DNA of 64,000 bases from the human T2T-CHM13v2.0 reference genome, Homo sapiens. Shown here in pieces: positions 1 through 15,665 of the stretch. The stretch lies in NCBI RefSeq assembly GCF_009914755.1, contig NC_060939.1. One strand, written 5' to 3'. Positions within the stretch are counted from its first letter, which is position 1, and every line of letters starts with the position of its first letter. The translations under genes were made by a program, and so were the position numbers. The notes below the pieces were generated by a model. The model saw nothing but the letters and a program-made list of their open reading frames with translations. It did not search any database and was not told where the DNA came from.

Positions 1-271
1 CAGATAAAGTCATCCTGTTTTTTAATTGTTATATTTATTGTTTTGGAACTATCATTAATATTGTCATTGCATTGCATATGAATTTTTTAAACAGTTTCAA
101 ATTGTTTTCACATTAGTTATTTTCTTCTGAGACTGTGACATAACTTTACCCATTTTACAAAAAGAAGATTGAATCACCTCATACCCAGTTTTTCAGAAGC
201 AGTTTTATATTGTCTCTCTCTAGGAAATCCAAAAGCCACTTAGAGTTGACATTGATTTATATGTGGTATAT

Positions 272-274
<3 letters not shown>

Positions 275-305
<31 letters not shown>
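275..305. repeat. (TG)n microsatellite
   Basis: About 15 uninterrupted TG units. Confidence 0.95.
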
Positions 306-309
<4 letters not shown>

Positions 310-1169
310 CAGGGAGAGAGAGGTGGCAGCAAATTCATCTTCCTAATTATGTTTTGCTTAGGCAAACATAAAAGTCGGCTTGCATTCTCTGAGCATTCAC
401 CAGCTGGGAAGTGGAGAGTGTTTTGTGATGGTGGAAGTTGCCTTGAGATTCAAACTTGGCTGTATTTAAAAACAAACAAACAGGGAAAAACATTCATAGC
501 ATGTGACCAAGCACGTGTAGAATGTGTACATGGGTAGCAAGAGTTAATATCTTTATTATGTAATGAGCTTAGGCAAATTGATAACAGCAACGCTAAGATC
601 TAACAAATAAAACAGGCAATATTTTTTGTTTCTAATATTTTCCATGACTAGGAAAAGAAATATTTCTAGTTGAAAATATAGAAATGTTTGCTCGAACATT
701 GCATTTTTGTTCAACTCTCTAGGAACCAAAGAAATTAAATTTAGACCAAATTGGGGTGAGACACGTTCTAAAATAAGCATTTACAATGTGAAATCAATAC
801 ACTAATTTTGAATATTATCCTTTTCAAACACAAATCTGTCAATACTGATCAATATGTATTAAGAGCCATCAAAATGTCCAGAAATTTTATAGTTTTAAGG
901 CAATTTTATATATATATGTGAAAAATGCAAGAAGATGTTTGTGATATGTAAGAGGACTATGCAGCAATGTGAAAAAAAATTCCTGATAAAATATACACTG
1001 GGAAAAGGAACACAAAATTGCAAGTACCCTATGGTTATAATGACTTAAAAATAACCATGGGCAAACATTGGAAAAGAAGGACATCTGAAAAACAGTGATT
1101 GTGGAGGTTATTCTTGTTACTTTCTTTCTTTTCTCAAATAGTGATTGTCGGGATTTTTTGTCTCTTTTA

Positions 1170-1349
1170 TTTCTTTCTTTCTTTTTTTTTTTTTTTTTTA
1201 AGACCAAGTGTCTCTCTGTAGCCCAGGCTGGAGTGCAATGGTGGGATCTCAGCTCACTGCAACCTTCGCCTCCCGGGTTCAAGTGATTCGTCTGCCTCAG
1301 ACTCAGAGAGGAGCTGGGATTATAGGCGCCTGTCACCATGCCCGGCTAA
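1170..1349 (-). mobile_element. Alu right arm only (AluS-like)
   Basis: poly-T then reverse-complement right monomer ending at cccggctaat. Confidence 0.9.
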
Positions 1350-1650
1350 TTTTTTTTTTTTTTTTTTTTTGGTGAAAGTCTTGCTCTGTCGCCCAGGCTG
1401 GAGTGCAGTGGCGTGACCTCGGCTCACTGCAAGCCCTGCCTCCCAGGTTCACGCCATTCTCCTGCCTCAGCCTCCTGAGTAGCTGGAATTACAGGCGCCC
1501 GCCACCACGCCCGGCTAATGTTTTATATTTTCAGTAGAGACGGGCTTTCACCGTGTTAGCCGGGATGGTCTCGATCTCGTGACCTCGTGATCCGCCCGCC
1601 TCGGCCTCACAAAGTGTTGGGAGGAAAGGCGTGAGCCACCGCGCCCGGCC
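1350..1650 (-). mobile_element. AluY
   Basis: Y-type motifs ttcacgccattct, ccgtgttagccgggatggtctcgatct; ends gcgcccggcc. Confidence 0.9.
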
Positions 1651-1685
1651 ATTTCTTATTATCTCTATCCCTGTCTCAATTCTTT

Positions 1686-2000
1686 GTGTGTTTTGTTGTT
1701 GTTGTTTGTTTGTTTTGTTTGTTTTTGTTGTTGTCTGTCGCCCGGGCTGGAGTGCAGTGGCGCCATCTTGGCTCTCTGCAAGCTCCGCCTCCCAGGTTCA
1801 AGCAATTCGTGTGTCTTGGCCTCCTGAGTAGCTGAGATGACAGGAGTGCACCACCATGCCCAGCTAATTTTTGTATTTTTAGTAGAGATGGGTTTTCGCC
1901 ATGCTAGCCAGGGTGGTCTTGAACTCTTGAGCTCAAGTGATCCACCCACCTCAGTCTCCCAAAATGCTGAGACTACAGGTGTGAGCCACCACGCCTGGCC
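1686..2000 (-). mobile_element. Alu (S/J) with GTT-rich tail
   Basis: Full dimer; TSD tctcaattcttt at 1674-1685 and 2005-2016. Confidence 0.92.
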
Positions 2001-3452
2001 CCTTTCTCAATTCTTTAATGAAAAAAATACAGCCGTGGACCATACATACCTGGAAAGCTGTGGGTGGGTCCACGACACCAGCAAAGTGATGGAAAGCAGA
2101 CCAGTGTCTCCCTCGAGGTCTAAGAATATATAAATGTCATCCTATAAACCAATGGGAACTTGAAATGTTTTTATATGGAATGATGTCTTTTTGTACATGT
2201 TTTTATCATCAGGACTACAGAATCTCAGAAATGCCTTTACTCAGTTACCATTTCAGGCCTTTTCTAAAGGGTGATTGTGAGAATAATCTATTTGAACAGA
2301 ATTTTTCCCTCTTGTAAAACCATACTTCAGAATGGTATTCTCTGAACCACTCCCTCACTCTCTTAACAAGGACCTATGTCATAAATTCCTGCTTGGTTTA
2401 GTTCTAGGAAAAGTGTTTTTTTGTTGTTTGTTTTGTTTTTTTCCAGAGTGGATTAATTTGGAAGCTCTCTTCTCAAAAACAAAAACACTCTTCAGCCTCA
2501 TGGCCTGGATGAGAACTCTTTTCTGTTACTCTGGGGTTGCCAGGGAGCCACGAGCCAGAGTCTTTGCCTTGTTCACTGTAATCACACCTTTGCCTATTTG
2601 ACTGTAATCAATCACGCCACATGTCTCTAGCCTTGGTTTCCTTCAGGTTGTCTGTGTTCTGTGGTTTTGATGCTTTGATGTTTTATCTTGAAGTTCTCTC
2701 AGAAGTAGATAGGCGCAGAAATTGAAAATAAACAAATGAAGAAAAGAATTTTGTTATACAAACAGAACATACTAATTGTTTTTATTTGAAGATGCAAACC
2801 ATCTAAACAAATAGAGAGAAAATCAAAGTGTGCCTCTACCCAATCCTGTGCTGGGAAGTAACCCAGTCTGAAGTGTATCTTTTCATATTTATAATTAGAC
2901 AAACTTATTTTTTTCTAAGAAAAGAAAGACACGTGGAAACGTGTTTTTAACAATGGGTTTAATGTTTTAAACATTTAAACTTTTTCAAAAGTGTATGCTT
3001 TTTTGAAACATAGACTGTGACATCCAGGTCGGGCAATTGCTCACAATTGCACGTATGTGAGGCATGCTGAGATTCAGGTGTGTTTTCCAAAAATAGAAGA
3101 ATTGTGTTTTGTGTGGCAGAAGGACTGCAATTTTACACATAGATTAAGAAATCACTCATAAATCCAAATAGTTAATCAAACACCTCTCTGAAGAATCTGA
3201 GCCACTTAGCTTTGCAAATTCAAGTGAAAGCTCTGCAGAAACACAAGCGGGGAAGCCCTCGGTTGTTGTTTCTGGGTTTCATTGTTGGGCGTGTTGTTTT
3301 GATTTTGTCTTTTCCTCTGGTAGGAATGGAACTTTTGTTCCGATATTTCAGACGTGTGACCAAAAGTAGTGCTTTCCAAAGGCTGCTTCGGGTAAGTGTC
3401 ACCATGGACCCTCTTTTCTGAACAGGAAGCTCTAGGACACCTGGAAAAGATT

Positions 3453-4119
<667 letters not shown>

Positions 4120-4148
4120 TCACCCCATCTCACATTATAAAAATTGGA

Positions 4149-4440
<292 letters not shown>

Positions 4441-5282
4441 AAAATTGGAGTCAAGTTAAAAAGTATAAAGAAAATTTTAAAATATCATAAACATAATAAA
4501 ATACCATCAGCAATGAAAGGTTTATATAAATATTAGCATACAAAATAGCCTGATTAAAAAAATATTTTTGGAAGTATTAAAGAGAATTTAAAATCAGAAT
4601 TATTTGTTATTTGCATGGCTTTCTTTTAGATCTAGTATTTATTGGCAGAGAATATGCTTGCAATTTCCCAAAAATGGATAACTATGTCATTACGAATTAA
4701 TGAAAATAGAAAAAATTGAGGTGGAGTTATATTATTTAAATGACTATTGATCCTTTAAAATTATTTTTAATGAAAAGAGACAGTGTAATTCCTGTTAAAA
4801 TAAGAAATTATACTTAATAGTTAATTTATTCTATCTACAAGCAAGCTGAAAAGTCTATATTACTTACAAAAGACATGTTTCATTTACTTAAAAGGCTACA
4901 TTTTTTTAAGATGGTTATTAAACATAATAAAAATTTTGTTGGAAGTCTGGCTGGGCATATTGCAGAGGATGACTAAGGAATAGGGTTAGAATACCCTATT
5001 TCTTTTTACTGACAGGAAATACACATCCCAAATCAAGAATATTTGTATAAGAAAAAGCAAAAATATTCACTCGAAATATTCATGTGAACACTACACAATT
5101 CCCATGTGGCACAAAGACAATCTCTTTGTGATGTACCATGTTTTAGGTGGTGATCAGAAATAGTACCACCCTGCCATGATTTACAGAAACTTCCTCCAAA
5201 CCACAAAATCTGAGGGGAAAAAAACTACACAGACACATTCTCTCTCTCTCTGTGTCTCTCTCTCACACACACACACCCCTTA

Positions 5283-5660
<378 letters not shown>

Positions 5661-5700
5661 TTAAAATTCAGCATATTTTACTCTTAAAAGTTGTATTTTA

Positions 5701-6265
5701 GGGTGAATGGTTAAGCAAACAATGGTATATTCACATGTTAGAATAATATTTAGCAATAAAGATGAAGGAAGTAATGATACCTGCAATGACTTGGATGAAT
5801 CTCAAGGAAATTATGCTGAGTGAAAAAGCCAATCCCCAAAGGTCATATTCTATAGGATTCTATTTCCATATCATTCTTGAAATGACAAAATTATAGAAAT
5901 GGAGAACAGATTGGTGATTGCCAGAAGTAAAGGAGGAAGGGAAGGGTGGGAGAGAAGTCGGGGAGGCTGTAAAAGAACAGTGATGGATGATGGAGCTGAG
6001 GTGCTAAAATCTCATACCTACACATAGGATCAAACTGTAGAGAGGCTAAATACACACGCAAGTGAGTACAAGTAACAAGGGGGAAATCTGAACAATATCT
6101 TGGATTGCATCAATGTTAATAATTTCATTGTGATATTTTATTACAATTTTGCAAGAGGTTACCACTGGAGAAAAGAGTAAAGTGTACATGGGGTTTCTCA
6201 GTATTAGTTCTTACAATTGCATATGAATCTACAATTTTTTCAAAACAAAAAGTTTAAATTTTAAA
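5701..6265 (+). mobile_element. L1M (L1MC-like) 3' end fragment
   Basis: L1 3' motifs: tggatgaatctcaaggaaattatgctgagtgaaaaagccaatc, ttcttacaattgcatatgaatctacaat. Confidence 0.8.
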
Positions 6266-6388
6266 AAGTCACATTGTTTTGGGATTATACCTTCTAACTT
6301 GAGTTAAAACAACATCTTACCTCTCAGAAGATGAATATAAGATATATATGGCTGGGAAACAGCAAAAAATGCTCACTTAAAATATTCA

Positions 6389-6713
<325 letters not shown>

Positions 6714-7011
6714 TCATCCCCACTGGTCCTGTATCTTTCAGGGATCCTAATGACATATTTAATGGAGCTGAAGGGTCCTTTCACCCTTGGAACAACCCAA
6801 ATGCTTCTGAACAGTTGGAAGCTCCAGGTATGGCCCTGCTTCTCCTGGTCTCAGTAGATGTTCAGAGAAGCTCTTTCAGATTCTCTAGAACAAAATTCTG
6901 ATCTTGTTACCACATATAAAAGCATCAAGCTTCAAAAAGCACATGTTGTCTAAAACATTTTTCTCCTTCTGTATAGACTTCCCTCTTTCCTCAGCTGGTA
7001 TTGTGTTTAGA

Positions 7012-7316
7012 TTTTTTTTTTCCCTGAGACAGGGTCTTACTCTGTGGCCCAGGCTGGGGTGCAGTGGTGTGACCAATAGCTCACGACACCCTCAAACTCC
7101 CTGGCTCAAGTGGTCCTCCTCTCTCGGCCTCATGAGTAGCTGGGACTACAGGCGTGTGCCACCACACTGACTAATTGTTTAATTTTTTGTAGAAACAGAG
7201 TGTTGCTATGTTGCTATGTTTCCTAGGCTGATCTTGAACTCCTGGCCTCAAGAGATCCTCTCACCTCTGCCTCCCAAATTGCTGGGATTACAGGCAGGAA
7301 CCACCACACCCAGCCA
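7012..7316 (-). mobile_element. AluJ
   Basis: Diverged reverse-complement dimer, gagacagggtctt start. Confidence 0.88.
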
Positions 7317-8869
7317 CTGTGCTTACATAGAACCAGAAGAAAAGCTCCCCCCTTCCAAGTGTGTATTTTCCCAATCCTTGGGGTTTTATATGTATAGGAA
7401 GCTTGCATTCTAGCTTCATGTCCTCATTCATTGTGGCCGCCAGAGGCTGTGTGCCTCCACACCCACCTTGGGTTTCTCTTGCTTCTTCCTTTTTTCCCAA
7501 GCCATGGAATAGGTCCAAGAAAACCATTGTCTGGAAAAGCTCAGAGCTGCCCCCTGTTGCGGAGCCCTCAGATCCTCCTTGCTAAGCTTTACAACTACGT
7601 TGTGATTCTCCAAACCAGTGGGTCTTTCTGGGGAAGCTGTTAACAACTGCTCTAGAAGGAAATAACTCTTACTGTTTCTAAAGTCAAATATTTTAGCCAT
7701 TAACACACGGAAGAGTTCTCCTGATTCAACCCTTTCTGTCTCAGAACCTGTCCAACTCTTGGCCCTGGTTTGGTTTTTGCTGTCACTTACCCCTGTTCTT
7801 TTCTGCTTTCTCCTGTGTTTGTCTCCCAGAAAGCACGCCTGTATCTTTTCCCCTTCAAGTCTGTCTAGCCCACATATCTCCTGAGCCACGAACCTAACAG
7901 GTCCCTCCAAGAGGATGCCACTTTCTCTCTCTCGTCATAGATGAAGCCCAGGAAACAGGACTGCCTTTTGCTGTTGTTGTAGGGGGTGAAGCCCTGAAGG
8001 AAAGAATTGCCACGATCCTTGCGGAGGAGTTGACACGGGAAATGTTAACGTTCTTATCTGTTTGGAGGAGGCACCGTGTACTCCTTGACAGCAATGCTTA
8101 ATAGATTGTCTCCCAATAAAGCCAGGGTGAAACAGGATTTACTAATTTACTAATTTCAGGGTGACCATAGTATATGTTATGTAAAATAGTTTTGAAACAC
8201 TCCCTTCTTTGGTTTGCCTGCAATGATAGTCTTGAAACATTTTTAAAAAATGAATGAGAAACCTTCTTGATGCTAAATACAATGAGGTGGGGAAGGCTCG
8301 TGCTCCGCTCTCCAGGCGGTTCCCATACAGCCCTGCCTGGAGGGAAGGTGTGAAGATGCCCACCGTTCTCTAGGCTCTGTCACCTGCCTGCACATTTGCA
8401 GGTCGCATGGTTCCCTCAGAAAGATGACAGTCAACATGAGCCACCCGGAGGTGACAGACACACCATAGTAGGGAACAGGTTAGGCCACCCGCCTCAATTT
8501 GGTTTAAAAGACTTCCTTCTCTCCCTGTGTCCCACCCCCCCCCCCCCCATCTATGGTCCACCTTGTGGCAAGCTAGCGAGGCAGATGTAGAGAGCCCCAG
8601 GTGAGACGAGCAAGGCAGCGGAGGAGCTGCCTCAAGAGCCAGCTGATGCCAGCATCCCCGCTCTACACGGCACTAGCTCAAGTCTGCAAGGCCAGTCCCG
8701 CTCACCTGACCGACCACGGCCCGCTCCGCCTCCACAAGCCCCTCCTTAAAGGCTGTCTGACTTGGTCACTCCATTTCCCCACCTCCACTCTCCCTGCCAG
8801 CCCCTTGAGCTTCATGAGAAAGGGTTGGACAGTTGAAAGTTCTATTTGATTTCCCAGCTCTGTTTTTAG

Positions 8870-9367
<498 letters not shown>

Positions 9368-9474
9368 AGCGAATTCCTATAAGATTTTGCGCATTTTCTG
9401 ATGTGAGAGGCATAAACATTGGTCATCTGGGGCTTCGAAGACCTAATTAAAACAATCCATGTGAAACAAAACTT

Positions 9475-9615
9475 TGGCTTCTAGTCCTGTCGGACCAGTA
9501 GCCTCAGTAAAGTCACTCTGCTTTTCCAGATCTCAGTTTTTCCTTTTGGAATACAAGGAAATTGAGACACATTATTTCTGATGTTAGTTTCAAAGCTAAC
9601 ATCCTATGGTTCTAG
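9475..9615 (+). mobile_element. MIR-family fragment
   Basis: Degenerate core tctcagtttttcc..aatacaagg and MIR3-like 3' end. Confidence 0.55.
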
Positions 9616-9690
9616 GAAATATATATATGAATTCTTTTGAAGGAGGGTCCTAAAAAATGCAATGCCATTTTAATAGAATTAGCAAATTTA

Positions 9691-10010
9691 GGCTGAGTGC
9701 AGTGGCTCACGCCTGTAATTCCAGCACTTTGGGAGGTCAAGGCAGATGGATCACCTCAGATCAGGAGTTCAAGACCAGCCTGGCCAACATGGCAAAACCC
9801 CATCTCTACTAAAAATACAAAAATTAGCCGCACATGGTGGTGCATGCCCGTAATTCCCTGGCACATGCCTGTAATTCCAGTTATTGGGGAGGCTGAGGCA
9901 GAAGAATTGCGCGAACCCAGGAGGTGGAGGTTGCAGTGAGTTAAGATGGCGCCACTGCACTCCAGCCCGGGCAACAGAGCCAGACTCTGTCTCAAAAAAA
10001 AAAAAAAAAA
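9691..10010 (+). mobile_element. AluS with internal 21-bp duplication
   Basis: Full dimer; TSD gaattagcaaattt. Confidence 0.92.
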
Positions 10011-10167
10011 GGAATTAGCAAATTTGTATATTTTTTAAAAATTCAAATTAGATTTAAATATTAAAGGTCCTTCTATCAGTATTTATATCCAAGAACTAAC
10101 GGTCACGAGGTCACATAGAGAGGTCAGAGTGACCACAACATGGAATATTGACTGAGAAACTGATCAC

Positions 10168-10471
10168 TTTTTTTTTTTTTTCTTATTGGAGACGAAGTCT
10201 CACTCTGTCATCCAGGCTGGAGTGCAGTGGCGCAATCTTGGATCACTGCAACCTTCACCTCCTGGGTTCAAGCTATCCTTCTGCCCTCTGCCTCCCAAGT
10301 AGCTAGGATTACAGGCGTGTACCATCATGCCCGGCTAGTTTTTGTATTTTAAGTAGAGACAGGGTTTCACCATGTTGGCCAGGCTAGTCTTGAACTCCTA
10401 ACTCAACTGATTCGCCTGCCTTGGCCTCCCAAAGTGCTGGGATTACAGGCGTGAGCCACCACGTCCAGTCC
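10168..10471 (-). mobile_element. AluS
   Basis: Full dimer; TSD aaactgatcacttt. Confidence 0.92.
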
Positions 10472-10573
10472 AAACTGATCACTTTTAATATTTATTCTCA
10501 ATTAACTAGGCTTCCAGGTGTAAGAGTAACACCCACCCACACCTATCACATCACTATTGTTTCTTTGTTATCA

Positions 10574-10880
10574 TTTGTTTTTTGAGACAGGGTCTCACAC
10601 TGTCACCCAGGCTAGAGTACAATGGTGCAATCATAGATCACTGCAGCCTCAAACTCATGGGCTCAGGTGATCCTCCTGCCTCAGCTGCCCAATTAGCTGG
10701 GATTATAGGCACACGCCACTGTGCCTGGCTAAATTTTTTGTTTGCTTGTTTGTTTGTTTGTAGAGACAGGGTCTCAATTTTATTGCTCAGGTTGGTCTCA
10801 AACTCCTGGCTTCAAGTGACCCTCCCACCGTGGGCTCCTGAAGTGCTGGGATTATAGGCATGAGCCATTAAATCTGGTCT
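10574..10880 (-). mobile_element. AluJ
   Basis: Diverged dimer, cactgcagcctc J-type. Confidence 0.88.
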
Positions 10881-11395
10881 CACATAAATATTATTTTAGG
10901 TCAGCCTCTTTCTGATAATGATGACACTATAAATATCTAACAATACAAGGCAAAGAAAAACCAAATTGGCCATAAAATGAGAGTATGAATTGTAAAAAAA
11001 AAAAAAAAAAAAGCTACAAAGGTCAGCCCTGATGAAAAAAATCGCATTATTTTATCACTGGAACTGTTTTGGCAAAACCCTACTACCAAAGACAATAGCT
11101 GAGTCACCCTTTGTTCTTACTTAAATTGGTACATGGTTTTCGTTATGGCCTAGATAATTTTCGTTAAATTTTAGTTTATGTTTTTGGTATTAAGCTCCAG
11201 TTATACTGTTTTTCCCATCATTTGCTATACAATTTGGTTCCTGCTTTCAATGTTTTGTTTGTTGGTTTGATTGGTTAGTTTTGGTTTTGTTGTTGTTTAA
11301 GTAAGGGATGATTCCTCCAGTATTGATCATCAGGCAATGAGAACCCATTAAACTTACTGAAGAAGACCAAAGAGACTGCCAATTTAGAAAGAGTG

Positions 11396-12060
<665 letters not shown>

Positions 12061-12142
12061 TATATGTCAATAGTTCTTAAATCACATGGGGTCGCTAGAG
12101 GAGGGCCAGGGACCTGGGTCCTTTCGAAAGTTTCTCAGATAT

Positions 12143-12460
12143 GGCTGAGTGCGGCGGCTCACACCTGTAATCCCAACACTTTGGGAGGCCGAGGCAGGTA
12201 GCTCATTTGAACCCAGGAGTTCCAGTCCAGCCTGGGCAGCATGGAGAAACCCCATCTCTACAAAAAAAAAAAAATACAAAAAATTAGCTGGGTGAGGTGG
12301 TGCACGACTGTAGTCCCAGCTGCTCGGGAGGCTGAGGTGGGAGGGTCACTTCAGTCCAGGGAGTCGAGGCTGCAGTGAGCCATGATTGCACCACTGCACT
12401 CCAGCCTGGCTGACAGAGTAAGACCCCATCTTAAAATAATAATAATGACAATAATAATAA
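12143..12460 (+). mobile_element. AluJ with (AAT)n tail
   Basis: Full dimer, gaggctgcagtgagccatgatt. Confidence 0.9.
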
Positions 12461-12509
12461 TTCCCAGATGCTCCACTGTGCCACGAGAAAGGAGACCATT
12501 GGCTTAGAG

Positions 12510-12665
12510 GAGCACTTTGATTCCAACGTGCACATGAATTCCTGGGGAATCTTGTTAAAATGCTGACTCTGGTCAGGAAGTGCTGCAAATTCTGTGATTC
12601 TACGGTTCTAATAAACTCTTAGGAGAAGCTCGTGTGGATCCATGGCTACCGTCTGAGGAGCAACT
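12510..12665. mobile_element. MER5-like hAT MITE
   Basis: gaattcctggggaatcttgttaaaatgctgactct..ttctaataaactc motifs. Confidence 0.6.
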
Positions 12666-14804
12666 AAGAAATTCTTCCTCTTTAGGGGTTGGGGGGTCAT
12701 TTTGAAAAAAGTTCTGGGGGTGGTAACCCCCTGCCTCATCTGCAAACCACCCCTTGGTGGCATCACTGCAAGGGACCCTTGAAAACTCACCATCAACCAA
12801 TTTTCCACAAGCAGGTGGTCTCCCTTGCTTCACAGGGAGGGGAAGTAAAGGAAAGATTAATCTTTCATACTCTGAGCCACAGCAATGCCAACTTGATATG
12901 GGTAGGAGTGAAAGGAGAGTCACCTCTAGACACCCTCTCTAGCCCCTTCCATCTTCGGTGGCTTTAACATCAGCCTGGGCAGCTGCTCACTAGTACCCAG
13001 GACTGAAGCAACTCCCTCTGTTCTGGCACTTCAAGGACAAACCTCTACTTTGCAAAGGGATCCTGAAGCCATTTTGGTTTCTTGTGGAGCACCATGATCA
13101 GTGCCAGTGGAGGGGGAATAGACGTGCTCCACCCTGGTGCCTGGGAGAAACGGAAAGCTTTTTTCTGAAAAGTGTTGCAACCCTCCTGCTTCTAGCTCCT
13201 GCTGCCCTCCAGTCGTCCTGTCCCCCAGGGACACACATTGCTGATATCAAATAACTTTTATTGTTTAAAGGTAACTGAATACATTGTGTACAGAAAGATA
13301 CCGTCATTACCAGATGGACCTAAAATCTACATGATGCAAACAGGCACTAAAAGACACATAGAGAAAGTGAGTGTGCCAGAGAATTACATAAGGCTAGGGT
13401 AGACAGGGAGTCACGAGGATGGTGAGATGTTTATTGTCATGACCGTATGTGTGTAAAAAAGGAGCTGTGCCGTTTAACTTCAAAGTGGATGTGAAGAGCA
13501 GTGTATACATTTGAGAGCTGCTGAGACAAAGCTCAAATGCCAGGAAACTCCAAGCATTTGGCTTCTGCCACTTCCAAAGAGATGTGCGCATGTGTGTGTG
13601 TATTTAAGAGGGAGTGATGAAGAGGGAGCTATTTAAAGGTAATCAGGATGATACAATATTTCCTTTCATTATGTTGCATTGTATCTGGAACTGGATCACG
13701 TGGTTTCCACATCTTGGCCATGATGCTTGGGCTTTTTCACTTACCAAGAGCAACATTGAAGTCCCCTGCGAATATGCCCCAGAGGGACCCCAGGAAAGAA
13801 TGGCGCTGCACACTACTCCCACTCTGAAAACTTCTCCAGGTCTTTAAAATGTCCAGACCTGGGTGGGAAGGAGTCTTCTCTCTCCAGAAGTTATATCTCC
13901 AAAACAAATTATTGGTTCGTTTTGTTCTTTGTTTTTGCTGTTGTGTGTTGTGTGAGTTGGAAGGCTCCTGAGCCAGACATGGGAGGGGAACATGCAGCTT
14001 GGCACCTGCGTCATTGTTGACACCCAACTGGTTCCTGTCCCACATGTACCACCTCACCAAACCATCACGTATCCTTTGCACATGCAACTCCTCCTTTCTA
14101 GAAGCAACAGCCTGTGTCCAAAGCTACTTGCTTTGTGGAAGGGCCCCTCAGCCACACCCGGTTTGATCAGTTTTGCTTTCTTAGCACTCCCCACTCCCAA
14201 AGAGTGTCTTGGAGCAGGATCTATGACTCACTGGTTTACCAGGAGTTCACAGCCCCGAGTCATTTAGGATCAGAACATCAAGAACAAAGAAAAGCCCCAG
14301 GATGCCTTCTAGGAATCTTATGGCATCCAAAAGGAAAAGTGAGGGTTCCCTGGACTCTCTAATAGCCTCGTGAAACACCAAACATACATTTTAAAAGACC
14401 AGAACATCTTCCATCCACTGCTACATCATGAATCCTCATTAAGATGACACTTTGCTCCGAAAATATTCCAGTTGGCATTTTAAGATATTTCCTTTTTAAA
14501 ACTACTTAAATATCTGATGTGTGAAAAACATTGAATTTTACCATTTGTAATTGGAACCAACATTAAGCAGAGTTTGTCAACAAGGTTTGTGTAGAAATGT
14601 ATATATACAGACTTTTCATGTACATATATAGCATATGTTGGATGAAGAGATTTATGAAAATACACAACATATAATTCCGTAAAGCAATAATTTGTTAAGC
14701 AAAAGAAAAAAATACATTTCAGGGTAAATTTTAGAAGATTTTTTAAAAAACTTTACATGAGAGTTGACTTTATGAGAAAGCATTCCCCTCTGGTAGGTCT
14801 GATT

Positions 14805-14957
14805 GTATCATTGGTGTCTTTCCCACTAGACTGTGAGCTCCACAGTCTGCAGAATGGGAATGTGCAATCTGTGTTTTCACTACCAAATCTCTAGCTCGCA
14901 CTCAGCACAGCACTTGGCACTACAGTACGGTTCTACAAGCATTTGTTGAATTAACTA
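14805..14957 (+). mobile_element. L2 3' end
   Basis: cccactagactgtgagctcc..cagcacagcacttggcac..atttgttgaattaa. Confidence 0.75.
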
Positions 14958-14998
14958 AGTTATATTTGACTGCTAGGAAAGCCCACTCTTGCATTGAA

Positions 14999-15043
14999 AG
15001 AGAGAGAGAGAGGAAGGAAGGAAGGGAGGGAAGGAAGGAAAGA
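14999..15043. repeat. GA/GGAA purine-rich simple repeat
   Basis: (AG)n followed by (GGAA)n. Confidence 0.85.
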
Positions 15044-15139
15044 GGCTTATTGCTTTCAAATTGATCTATTTAATTCAACACCTGCGAAAGCAATCCTGTA
15101 GCTTGGTGTTCCAGCTCTGGTTGTATATGCAAGTCTTAG

Positions 15140-15514
<375 letters not shown>

Positions 15515-15519
15515 ACAAC

Positions 15520-15665
15520 ACCTTTCTAAGTAGGTAGAATTACCATCATCACTATGCCCATTTTACAGATAAGGACAGTGAGGTTAAATTGTTGCCCAAG
15601 GTCACAGAGCCAGCAAGGGGTAGAGCCAGGATTCAAACCCAGGTCATCTGGCTGCACGCCCCAGC
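15520..15665 (-). mobile_element. MIR
   Basis: cccattttacagataagga..ttgcccaaggtcacagag..ggattcaaacccagg. Confidence 0.85.

Noticed and set aside
4979-5000. 8-bp inverted repeat aatagggt/accctatt
   Set aside because: Stems this short are expected by chance in 64 kb
7428-7910. 160-aa minus-strand ORF outside Alus
   Set aside because: Non-ATG start, no recognisable domain; lysine/arginine bias reflects a pyrimidine-rich + strand
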